From contig CAYMCQ010000011.1 in the NCBI GenBank assembly GCA_964389025.1, positions 1-64,000 on the forward strand: 64,000 nt of DNA, read 5' to 3'. Positions 25,217 to 33,888 of this stretch are shown piece by piece. Every line of letters begins with the position of its first letter. Positions within the stretch are counted from its first letter, which is position 1. Source of the stretch: an uncultured Verrucomicrobiota bacterium (lineage in GTDB: Bacteria > Verrucomicrobiota > Verrucomicrobiia > Limisphaerales > CAYMCQ01). Under the pieces are notes generated by a model that made no database searches, was not told the DNA's origin, and worked only from the letters and a program-made list of their open reading frames with translations. A program made the position numbers and the translations under genes.

Positions 25217-26851
25217 ATGCCCGAGACTGCCAACTGTGAATTGCCGACTGCTCGCTGCTCACTGCTAACTGTGAACTGCCGACTGCTCGCCTTGATAATT
25301 TTTTTTGGCGTGGCTGTCTGTTTGCAGAAACTTGGCGGGGCATACGAGGCTGAGTTCGGCAGCGAGCCGGATGAAGCAGCGCACTATGTGACCGGCCTTT
25401 GCGTGCGCGACTACATCGCGGGCGGCTTTCGCGAGACTGCAAACCCGCTGAACTACGCGAAAAAATATTACGAACATTATCCGAAGGTCGCGCTCGGCCA
25501 CTGGCCGCCGGTCTTCTATCTGATTCAATCCGCGTGGACGATTCCGTTGTCGCCCAGCCGCACGCCGGTGATGTTGCTGATGGCTTTTTTGACCGCGCTC
25601 ATCGCGACGACGTTGTTTTCCACGCTGCGGAAAGAATTTGGTTACTGGCAGGGAGTTTTCGGAGCGCTGCTGTTTCTCTTACTGCCGCTGACGCAACGAT
25701 TCTCAATGGCGGTGATGACGGAAATTCCCATCGCCCTGTTCGCGCTCGCCGCGACGATTTCGTTCGGAAAATTTTTGGATAGTGAAAAGACTCGTGACGC
25801 CGTCTGGTTCGGAGTTTTTGCATCGCTGGCGATTCTCACAAAACAATCCGCTCTCGCGCTGGCGTTTGTCCCCGTGTTTGGGATTTTGCTCGCGCGGAAG
25901 TTTTATTTGTTGAAACGGTTCAGCTTTTGGTCGTCTGCTGTGGTTGTTTTTATCCTCTGTGCGCCGTGGAATCTGCTGACATACAAATTTGCGAGCGAGG
26001 GCTGGGCGGACGAGGGATGGGGATGGGCGTTCACGAGCAAGGCGATTCCGTTTTATCCGACGAAACTTTATCTAACACTCGGCGCGGCGGCGACTGTGCT
26101 GGCGGTTTTTGGTTTGTTAGCAAAGTTGAAGGACGCGCGGCAGCGCGTCCCTACCAGCGGAATATGGATTGCAGCGGCTGGACTTTTATTTGGCGTCGTT
26201 TGTTTTCACGTCATCGTGCCGGTCGGTTTTGAAGACCGGCATCTGATTCCGGCGCTGCCGGCAGTTGTCCTCTTCGGAGTAGCTGGTTTGAATTGTGTCA
26301 TTGCCTGGATAAATCAAAAGAAAGTAAGAGAAGGTCTTGTGATTTTGCTGTTTGTTGCCGCTTTCTCTTTCGGTAGAGAACTGTTCACGTGGCCGCACAA
26401 AGGCTATCGCGGCTTCGGTGATGTTGCAGAATTTCTTTTGAGCAAACCAGAAGTGGCGAAGGAAAAATTTCTTGTTGCATCCGACGCGCGAGGGGAGGGG
26501 ATGTTCATTTCCGAAATGGCGATGCGAGAGAAACGTCCCGGCCACGTCATCAAACGCGCGAGCAAGGAACTGGCGAGCAGTTCGTGGAGCGGCGGCGGTT
26601 ACAAGGCGAAGTTTGAGAATGAAGCGATGCTCATAAATTTTCTCCGGACCAACTCGATCCGCCAAGTCGTGCTCGACACTTCGCTCGGCAAAAACATGCG
26701 CAAGGATTACCACGAGTTGCTGTCGCGTGCGATGGAGCAGGGCGGTTTCGCGTTGGAAAAAAGCTTTCCCATCGAGCGCGGCGGGAAACGCATTGGCGAT
26801 GGGATTCGCTTGTATCGGGCGGGTGAAGGCGTTCAATCCAAACGTGGGTAA
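25217..26851 (+). CDS. membrane glycosyltransferase, GT39/GT83 (ArnT/PMT)-like
   Basis: Multi-TM protein with an N-terminal EPDEAAHY motif, resembling the catalytic DE motif of ArnT/PMT-type glycosyltransferases. The annotated N-terminus overlaps a 25-30 bp tandem repeat, so the start is uncertain. Confidence 0.55.
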   Translation: MPETANCELPTARCSLLTVNCRLLALIIFFGVAVCLQKLGGAYEAEFGSEPDEAAHYVTGLCVRDYIAGGFRETANPLNYAKKYYEHYPKVALGHWPPVFYLIQSAWTIPLSPSRTPVMLLMAFLTALIATTLFSTLRKEFGYWQGVFGALLFLLLPLTQRFSMAVMTEIPIALFALAATISFGKFLDSEKTRDAVWFGVFASLAILTKQSALALAFVPVFGILLARKFYLLKRFSFWSSAVVVFILCAPWNLLTYKFASEGWADEGWGWAFTSKAIPFYPTKLYLTLGAAATVLAVFGLLAKLKDARQRVPTSGIWIAAAGLLFGVVCFHVIVPVGFEDRHLIPALPAVVLFGVAGLNCVIAWINQKKVREGLVILLFVAAFSFGRELFTWPHKGYRGFGDVAEFLLSKPEVAKEKFLVASDARGEGMFISEMAMREKRPGHVIKRASKELASSSWSGGGYKAKFENEAMLINFLRTNSIRQVVLDTSLGKNMRKDYHELLSRAMEQGGFALEKSFPIERGGKRIGDGIRLYRAGEGVQSKRG

Positions 26852-26893
26852 GTTCCGGTTGCGCGACCGCAAAATGTAACTTAGGTTTTTGAC

Positions 26894-27472
26894 ATGAAAA
26901 AAATTGCCAAGATATTCCTGTTGAGTTGTGCAGCCGCTTTTTTTGCGGCGATTCAAACATCGAACGCGGAAATACCCACAGCCTTTGAAGTCATCAAAGA
27001 AGCCAATCGTCATGTGGGCGATGACACCAGGGACAGGATAGTTCAAATCCGCTCGGAAAAATCCGTGGGAGATTTGTCGCCAAACATTTGGTATGTGGTT
27101 TTTTATGATCCGGACGCCACGTTCAAGGCTACTGAGGTAAAAGTTGGCGCCGGCAAAAAGATGGATGTGAAACGCCCGGCGCGCGTTCTCGAATACCTGG
27201 ACGCCGACAAGGTGTTGGACAAGAAAAAGATGAACGTGGATTCGGACAAGGCGTTACAAACGGCGGCGAAAGAGCCGTTGCTTGAAAAGCTGACGCTTAA
27301 AGCGTCGCAACTATGGCTTGAATCGCGCGTCGGCGTGCCGACGTGGCGGGTCCGTCTCTGGGCGGCGAAGTTACAAAACCCGAACAGGCACGTGGACATC
27401 GGCGAGGTTTTCGTGTCTGCTGAAGATGGCAAAGTAACAAAGCTCGATTTGCACATTAATCGAGTGGATTGA
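26894..27472 (+). CDS. hypothetical secreted protein (192 aa)
   Basis: Clear signal peptide (MKKIAKIFLLSCAAAFFAAIQTSNA). No family recognised. Confidence 0.5.
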   Translation: MKKIAKIFLLSCAAAFFAAIQTSNAEIPTAFEVIKEANRHVGDDTRDRIVQIRSEKSVGDLSPNIWYVVFYDPDATFKATEVKVGAGKKMDVKRPARVLEYLDADKVLDKKKMNVDSDKALQTAAKEPLLEKLTLKASQLWLESRVGVPTWRVRLWAAKLQNPNRHVDIGEVFVSAEDGKVTKLDLHINRVD

Positions 27473-27763
27473 TGGCCTGAGATGAAAAGCGCGAAGCCTA
27501 TTGCAGTTTTGATTTTGTTCGCGGCAGTTTCCGTTTTTGCCAGCCGCCCGGTCCGGCATGCGGACGGTCATTTGAGTCCGGCGAAAAAAAGACTATCCCC
27601 GGTCAAATCGAACAACGATGCGCCGTCAGTTTCGCCCAATGCGCAGCCCAAGCCCCGGCCCGCAGAGAACATCACGCGCCAGATTCATCGGCGCTTGCAA
27701 AACAATCTGGCGCCAGCGCCGAACAGACGTTATGGAAAAACGCCGCGCTCGGATGAGCCAGTT

Positions 27764-28900
27764 TTACTTAATCGTCGAAATGTTTCCCGTATGTCGAAGG
27801 TTGGCTCGAAACATCGGCCATGAAGTTTTCGCAAGCGGCGAGGTTCCCTGAAGCGCGAAAAGTTTCCCGTCCCACGTTGTGACGAGGATCGTTCCGTTCG
27901 GAGCGACTGCCGGTGAAGCCACAACCTGCGAGCCAAGCCATGAACTCCATTTCCAGTTTTTGGCACCGTCAACGGCGGACAAGGTAAAAAACTGCGTCCC
28001 AAAATAAATCGTGCCGTCGGCAGCGACTGCGGGCGACGAATCAACGCGGCCCTGGGTTTCTATCTCCCATTTTTTCATTCCATCGGTGCTGATTGCGAAA
28101 AGCTTGGTGCTCACACCGACGAAAATATTTCCATCCTTGTCGAGGGCGGGGGACGACTCGCTGATGCCGCCGGTCTTCAACGCCCACCTTTTCTTCCCGT
28201 CCGGCGCGAGCGCATAAAAGTTTCCATCAAGCGAAGTGAAATAAACCGTTCCATCAGCGGCAATCGCCGGAGAAGAAATGATTTGTCCGCCCGTTGCGAA
28301 CCCCCATTTTTTCGCCCCGCTGGAGTTTAGCGCATAAAATGTTTTGTCGTGCGAGCCGAAATAAATTGTGCCGTCAGCGCCAATAGCCGGTGAAGAAACG
28401 ATTGGTCCGCTTGTGGCAAAAACCCATTTCTTCCTTCCATCTGGCGACAGCGCGTAAAAACTTTTGTCCCACGAGCCAAAATAGATTGTCCCGTTTGTGC
28501 CGATGGCGGCTGACGAATCAACCCATCCTTCGGTAGCAAAAGTCCATTTGCGTTTTCCCGTGGGCGCAATCGAGTGGAGTTTGCGGTCGCGGCTGCCGAT
28601 GTAAATCGTGCCATCGTCTGCGATTGCCGGCGACGAGCGCGTCTCTCGCCCTGTCTGGTAAATCCATTTCTGCGCGCCTTTTGGGTTGACGGCGTAAACC
28701 ACTCCTCGCCACGAGCCGAAATAAATCGTTCCGTCTGGCGCGACTGCAGGCGAAGAATCATTGTTGTAGCTCGGAAACTGGAAAGTCCAAAGATTGGTTC
28801 CCTGCGGTATTTGCCCAAAGGCGGTGTGCGGGAAAAGAAATCCCACGCAAAGCAGTAGGGCGGCGCGAAAGAAATTTGCCCGCGGAACAGTCCGGTTCAT
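27764..28900 (-). CDS. secreted PQQ-like (BamB/YVTN-type) beta-propeller repeat protein
   Basis: Signal peptide followed by 8 repeats of about 40 aa (DGTIYFGS...AL...G...W), characteristic of the PQQ-like repeat propeller. Confidence 0.7.
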   Translation of the reverse strand: MNRTVPRANFFRAALLLCVGFLFPHTAFGQIPQGTNLWTFQFPSYNNDSSPAVAPDGTIYFGSWRGVVYAVNPKGAQKWIYQTGRETRSSPAIADDGTIYIGSRDRKLHSIAPTGKRKWTFATEGWVDSSAAIGTNGTIYFGSWDKSFYALSPDGRKKWVFATSGPIVSSPAIGADGTIYFGSHDKTFYALNSSGAKKWGFATGGQIISSPAIAADGTVYFTSLDGNFYALAPDGKKRWALKTGGISESSPALDKDGNIFVGVSTKLFAISTDGMKKWEIETQGRVDSSPAVAADGTIYFGTQFFTLSAVDGAKNWKWSSWLGSQVVASPAVAPNGTILVTTWDGKLFALQGTSPLAKTSWPMFRANLRHTGNISTIK

Positions 28901-29994
28901 TAGACGTGTCGCGATTCGGCGATGGCGCGCTCGATTTTCGGAGGCGCGTGCGAGCCGTTGATTTTTTTCGCCGCGTAAAAATCCGCGAGGCTTTGTTTCG
29001 ACGCGCTCAATCCCTCAGCGGCGACTGCCGTCAGGATTCTTTCCTCGGTCATGATGAAACGGTCGCGTTTGTAGAGCAGATAATCGCCGCGCATGTCATC
29101 CGGCGTCAGGTTGATCGTCACGAGATTAGCTCCCGTGCGCAGGCCGCGCCGATAACCGCAGCCCGGCTCGGCCAGATTCAGCGCGCTCACCGCAGGAATC
29201 ACCCAGTCGGGGCGCATCAGTCGCAGCGCGGCCATGCAATTCAAAGTCTGCTCGATGTCCGCGACGGGAGCTTGTGCGAGCGGAGTTTCGTCGCCGGGGA
29301 TGAACGGACTGACGCTGCAACCATCAAGGGGCAATTCGCTTGCGAGCGAAAAATTTTCCAGCAAGTCGTTGTCGTTCTGTCCGGGCAATCCTGAAATAAA
29401 ACCTGAACTCACCTTCCAACCTTCCGACGACAGCAGCCGGATGTGCGCAATCCGTTCGTCAAAACTCCCCGGTGCCCTGAAGTCGGCATATTTTTCCCTG
29501 TTCGCAATCTCGAACTTCAAGATGTAAATGGCCGCGCCCGCCGCTTTCAATTCCGCGTAAAGTTCGCGCGTGAGAGTCCCGAGGCAGACGCTGATTCCCA
29601 AATTTGTTTCGCGCGCCAAGGTTTTTATCAGTGGAAGAACGACTTCGCGGATGGCGACAGGGTCTTCGCCCGCCTGAATGTTCACGTCCGTCACGAAACC
29701 CGGGCGGTGCCCGATGAGCATCTCGGCAAGTTGTTCGTGCCGGGCACGGTGGCGGGCAAGCGTGCGGTTGTCACGGCGCATCCCGCAGTAGGAGCAGTTC
29801 CTCCGACAATAGTTCGAAACCTCCACGACGGCGCGAACAAAAACCTTTCTTCCAAACCTGCTTTGTGCGGCTTCGGCAGCTTGCGCGTGGAGCTCTTCCT
29901 GTTCGACTCCACGGCAGCCCAACATTTCGCGCGTGGGCGTGAAACACACATGGTTCATGCGCGCCGAACTTAGCTGCTTCGAGCCTGAGCGCAA
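28900..29994 (-). CDS. radical SAM protein, HydE/BioB-like (HydE-family)
   Basis: VVEVSNYCRRNCSYCGMRRDN (CxxxCxxC), IQAGEDP, GLPGQNDNDL, SPFIPGDETPLA and TGANLVTINLTP closely follow the HydE consensus. Its stop overlaps the start of the propeller gene by 1 nt. Confidence 0.72.
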   Translation of the reverse strand: MRSGSKQLSSARMNHVCFTPTREMLGCRGVEQEELHAQAAEAAQSRFGRKVFVRAVVEVSNYCRRNCSYCGMRRDNRTLARHRARHEQLAEMLIGHRPGFVTDVNIQAGEDPVAIREVVLPLIKTLARETNLGISVCLGTLTRELYAELKAAGAAIYILKFEIANREKYADFRAPGSFDERIAHIRLLSSEGWKVSSGFISGLPGQNDNDLLENFSLASELPLDGCSVSPFIPGDETPLAQAPVADIEQTLNCMAALRLMRPDWVIPAVSALNLAEPGCGYRRGLRTGANLVTINLTPDDMRGDYLLYKRDRFIMTEERILTAVAAEGLSASKQSLADFYAAKKINGSHAPPKIERAIAESRHV

Positions 29995-30080
29995 TCCAAA
30001 ATCTCTTCCGCCCGACGCGCCGACCTGGATAAATCAAAATTCTGCTTGCGCCAGTCCACCGCTCGAAAACATTCTCGCCC

Positions 30081-30446
30081 ATGCCGAACTCGCAGACAGC
30101 CGTCACTTCCCGCCCGCTATGGCTTAGAATTCTGTTGAGGGTTGTTTCAATGTTTGTTTTCGCCGCGATCCTTGGCCTCGTCGTTGGCTTCACTTTGCAC
30201 AAGCTGGATGAAATCACTTCGCCGGCGGGATTTGGCCGCGGCATGATTCACGGCGCGCTCATGCCGATGTCGTTTCCAAATCTCATCGTTGGCCACGACG
30301 TCACGATCTACGCGGCGAACAATACGGGCGTTCCCTATAAACTCGGCTACGCGCTCGGCGTGAATGGCTGCGGGTTCATATTCTTTGGCCTGCTGTTTTG
30401 GCGGCTCAAGCGATTGCGGCATGACATTTCTCAAATGAAGAAATGA
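30081..30446 (+). CDS. hypothetical small membrane protein (121 aa)
   Basis: About 3 TM helices. No family recognised. Confidence 0.45.
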   Translation: MPNSQTAVTSRPLWLRILLRVVSMFVFAAILGLVVGFTLHKLDEITSPAGFGRGMIHGALMPMSFPNLIVGHDVTIYAANNTGVPYKLGYALGVNGCGFIFFGLLFWRLKRLRHDISQMKK

Positions 30447-30455
30447 ATTTCGCAA

Positions 30456-30540
30456 ATTTCGGAGGGCGGAGTTCCACGACGCCCCGACTTCGCATTGATT
30501 CAGGCGTCGTGGAACTCCGCCCTCCGAACTCCGCCCTCTG
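30456..30540. repeat. palindromic hairpin element family A, copy 3 (with an extra partial arm repeat)
   Basis: tttcggagggcggagttccacgacgccc ... ggcgtcgtggaactccgccctccgaactccgccctctg, immediately upstream of trxB. Confidence 0.9.
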
Positions 30541-30581
30541 AACTTGCAAACGTCGCACGCAGAATCTACCTTTCGCGCCTT

Positions 30582-31511
30582 ATGGAAAAAGTCGTCATCA
30601 TGGGCACCGGTTGCGCAGGGCTGACCGCAGCGCTCTACACTGCGCGCGCCAATCTCCAACCGCTCGTTCTCACCGGCATCATGCCCGGCGGCCTGCTCAC
30701 CACCACGAGCATCGTCGAAAATTATCCCGGCTTTCCCGAAGGTATTGACGGCTACGAACTGATGACGCGGATGCAAAAGCAGGCCGAGCGTTTCGGCGCG
30801 CGGGTGAAATTTGCGACGATCGAAGCCGTGGATTTTTCCAAGCAACCCTTCGTCGTGACCGCTGACGGCGAAAAAATCGAAACGCAAACGTTCATCATCG
30901 CGAGTGGCGCGAGCCATCGGCATCTCGGCTTGAAGTCCGAGGATTTGCTGGAGAAAAAAGGTGTCACCTACTGCGCGACGTGCGACGGTGCGCTGCCGAT
31001 GTTCCGCAACCAGCCGCTCGTCGTCGTCGGCGGCGGAGATTCCGCGTGTGAAGAAGCAACTTATCTGACCCGATTCGCTTCAACGGTTCATTTGATTCAT
31101 CGCCGCGACAAATTGCGCGCGTCCAAAATCATGGCCGACCGCACGCTCGCCAATCCCAAGATCAAACCCGTGTGGGATTCCGCCGTCACTGAAATCCTCG
31201 ATCCGAAGCAGGACAAAGTCACTGGAGTGCGCGTGAAGAACCTCAAGACGAACGCCGAGAGCGTTCTAGACTGCGCCGGAGTTTTCGTCGCCATCGGCCA
31301 CGAGCCAAACACAAAACTTTTCAAGGGCGTAATCGAGATGGACGAGCACGGCTACATTTTGACAGGGAAAGGAACTGCGACCAACGTCCCGGGAGTTTTC
31401 GTCGCCGGCGATTGCAACGACCGCACATATCGTCAGGCCGTGACTGCGGCGGGTTTGGGTTGCGCGGCGGCGATTGACGCGGAGCGTTATCTGGCGGCGC
31501 TCAACCAATAA
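30582..31511 (+). CDS. trxB: thioredoxin-disulfide reductase
   Basis: FAD GxGxxG (IMGTGCAGLTAA), a redox-active CATCDG and an NADPH GGGDSA motif. 309 aa from MEKVV. Confidence 0.9.
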   Translation: MEKVVIMGTGCAGLTAALYTARANLQPLVLTGIMPGGLLTTTSIVENYPGFPEGIDGYELMTRMQKQAERFGARVKFATIEAVDFSKQPFVVTADGEKIETQTFIIASGASHRHLGLKSEDLLEKKGVTYCATCDGALPMFRNQPLVVVGGGDSACEEATYLTRFASTVHLIHRRDKLRASKIMADRTLANPKIKPVWDSAVTEILDPKQDKVTGVRVKNLKTNAESVLDCAGVFVAIGHEPNTKLFKGVIEMDEHGYILTGKGTATNVPGVFVAGDCNDRTYRQAVTAAGLGCAAAIDAERYLAALNQ

Positions 31512-31716
31512 GGAGTCCAAAAACTTTTTTTGAAAGGCGGGAGTGCGAACCAGGTTGTCCTTTACGCACGGCAGCAGGATTGCAGCTTGCTTGACCCCGC
31601 ATCTGGTTCCTGTTACAACAAACTTGCTGCAACCATAGATATGTCCTAGCCTCAACCAATGACTTGCACAAGGCATCTCAACAAGAATGGCAGACGACAG
31701 GGGTCATTGAACCACG

Positions 31717-33081
31717 ATGAATTTTAACAAACCTTCCACATCTTTTTTGTGGGGCGCCGTCACTTTGGTGGCTGGATTGTGGCTGGCGATCGATCAGTCG
31801 GTTGCCGCGCCCGGCGACTTGGACCCAGTCTTCAATTCCAGTGCGAACAAAACTGTCCGGGCAATTGCGGTCCAGCCGGACGGGAAAATTTTCATTGGTG
31901 GAGATTTCACGTCAGTTAACGGCGTCGCGAGGGAGCATGTTGCCCGGCTCAACGCAGACGGCAGTCTGGACACCAGCTTCGATCCTGATCTGGCGGCGGA
32001 CAACCGTAATCAGGTGTTTTCCGTAGCGCTGCAACCGGATGGGAAAATACTGATTGGCGGTTACTTGGTAACGACAAACAACACCAACTATGTCGCGCGA
32101 CTCAACCCAAACGGCAGCGTGGACAGCAGTTTCGCTTCTGAGACGGGTGTGACTAATTCTAATGCCCTCGTCTATTCCATCGTCATCCAGCCGGACGCAA
32201 AGATAATTATCGGGGCGGAAATGAATGCAATATACGCGACGAACACCATTGCGCGCCTCAACACCAACGGCAGTCCCGATGTCAGTTTCAATCCCGGCAC
32301 TGGAACAGACGACGCTGTCCGCTCCATCGCATTGCAACCCGACGGCAAGATCATCATCGGAGGCTGGTTCGTGAATGTGAATGGAACCAACCGCAATCGC
32401 ATCGCGCGGCTCAACGCGGATGGCAGTTTGGACGAGACTTTCGATCCCGGCACAGGAGCAAACAATGACGTCGAATCCGTGGTGTTGCAACCGAATGGCA
32501 ACGTGCTTTTAGGAGGTTTTTTCACAACCGTAAACGACACAAACCGCAGCTACATCGCCCGACTCAATCCCGATGGCAGCTTGGACGAGAGTTTCGACCC
32601 TGGTGCGGGAATAGCAGGCGTTGCGCTTCCGGCAATTTATTCAGTCGTGCCGCAATTTGATGGCAAGCTGTTCATTGGAGGCAGGTTCACAACGGTGAAC
32701 AGCACGAACCGCAGCCGCATTGCGCGGCTCAACCCCGACGGCAGCCTGGACACCAGCTTCGATCCGGGAACGGGGGTGACAGGTCCGCAAAGTCCGACCG
32801 TTCTTCCTATCGCGTTGCAACAGGATGACAAAGTCCTGATCGGCGGCCTTTTTACAACGGTTAACGGCGCGGCGCGCACCAATCTCGCGAGGCTCATCGG
32901 CGATGCCAGACTTGCAATTCAAAGGCTCGGTGGCAGCGTCGTGGTGAATTGGTCGAGCGCCGGCTTTTCCCTGCAAAGCGCTCCGCTCCCAACCGGCACA
33001 TTCACCAACGTCGATGCGGCCAGCCCTTACACTAATCCTGCCAACACCCCGCAGCGATATTTCCGGCTCAAGGCCAACTGA
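31717..33081 (+). CDS. delta-60 repeat domain protein (secreted beta-propeller-like)
   Basis: Signal peptide followed by about 7 repeats of about 55-60 aa with the ARLN.DGSLD.SFDPG consensus (TIGR02608). Confidence 0.72.
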   Translation: MNFNKPSTSFLWGAVTLVAGLWLAIDQSVAAPGDLDPVFNSSANKTVRAIAVQPDGKIFIGGDFTSVNGVAREHVARLNADGSLDTSFDPDLAADNRNQVFSVALQPDGKILIGGYLVTTNNTNYVARLNPNGSVDSSFASETGVTNSNALVYSIVIQPDAKIIIGAEMNAIYATNTIARLNTNGSPDVSFNPGTGTDDAVRSIALQPDGKIIIGGWFVNVNGTNRNRIARLNADGSLDETFDPGTGANNDVESVVLQPNGNVLLGGFFTTVNDTNRSYIARLNPDGSLDESFDPGAGIAGVALPAIYSVVPQFDGKLFIGGRFTTVNSTNRSRIARLNPDGSLDTSFDPGTGVTGPQSPTVLPIALQQDDKVLIGGLFTTVNGAARTNLARLIGDARLAIQRLGGSVVVNWSSAGFSLQSAPLPTGTFTNVDAASPYTNPANTPQRYFRLKAN

Positions 33082-33090
33082 AAGCCGGCG

Positions 33091-33792
33091 CTACGGCACC
33101 AGTTTGTAGCCGATTCCGTGAACGGTCTGCAAATGTTTCGGCTCATCGCCGTTGTCGCCGAGTTTTTTTCGCAACTGCACGATGACTTGATCCAGCGTGC
33201 GGGTCGTCCCGAAATAATTGTAGCCCCAAACTTCGTTCAGTAATTTGTTGCGCGACAACACTTCGCCGGGGTGCGCGTGGAAAAATTGCAACAGCTTCAT
33301 CTCCTTCGCCGTCAATTCCCCGCTGACCTTGCCGCGCTTGAGTTGGAAAGTTTTTGGATCAACCGTGGTGTCGCCAATTTTGAAAATCTCCTCTGAGAGA
33401 CTTTCTTTCTTTTCCGGATCGCCAGTCCGGCGGAGCAGAGCATGAATGCGGGCCAGCAATTCGCGAACGCCGAACGGCTTCGTCACGTAATCATCTGCGC
33501 CCAAATCCAGCCCGACAACCTTGTCAATTTCCTGACCCTTCGCCGTGAGCATCACGATCGGCGTCGCGATTTTTTTCGCGCGAAGCTTTTTGCAGATGTC
33601 ATAGCCGCTCAAGCCCGGCAACATCACATCGAGGACAATCAACGCAGGCCGATGTTTTGCCATCGCCTCCAGCGCGCCATCACCGCGATTACACACCGCG
33701 ACATCAAACCCGTCGCTTTTCAAGACTTCCTCCAGCCCCAGCAAGATGTGCGGGTCATCTTCGACGACTAAAATTCTTGTTTTCATTTTCAA
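33091..33792 (-). CDS. OmpR/PhoB-family response regulator
   Basis: Receiver domain (ILVVEDD...LDVMLPGLSG...MLTAKG) plus a winged-helix C-terminus (LQTVHGIGYKL). Confidence 0.9.
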   Translation of the reverse strand: MKMKTRILVVEDDPHILLGLEEVLKSDGFDVAVCNRGDGALEAMAKHRPALIVLDVMLPGLSGYDICKKLRAKKIATPIVMLTAKGQEIDKVVGLDLGADDYVTKPFGVRELLARIHALLRRTGDPEKKESLSEEIFKIGDTTVDPKTFQLKRGKVSGELTAKEMKLLQFFHAHPGEVLSRNKLLNEVWGYNYFGTTRTLDQVIVQLRKKLGDNGDEPKHLQTVHGIGYKLVP

Positions 33793-33888
33793 AACCGTAG
33801 GAGACGACCCGTCCTCCGGAGCAGCACTGCGGAGGGTAAAGGTAACGAGACTCTGACTTTTGTAATTGTAAGTTTAGAATGATTCTCC

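Noticed and set aside
27482-27823. 113-aa basic, low-complexity ORF
   Set aside because: Overlaps the 3' end of the propeller gene. Composition suggests a non-coding GC-rich frame. Not reported as a gene.
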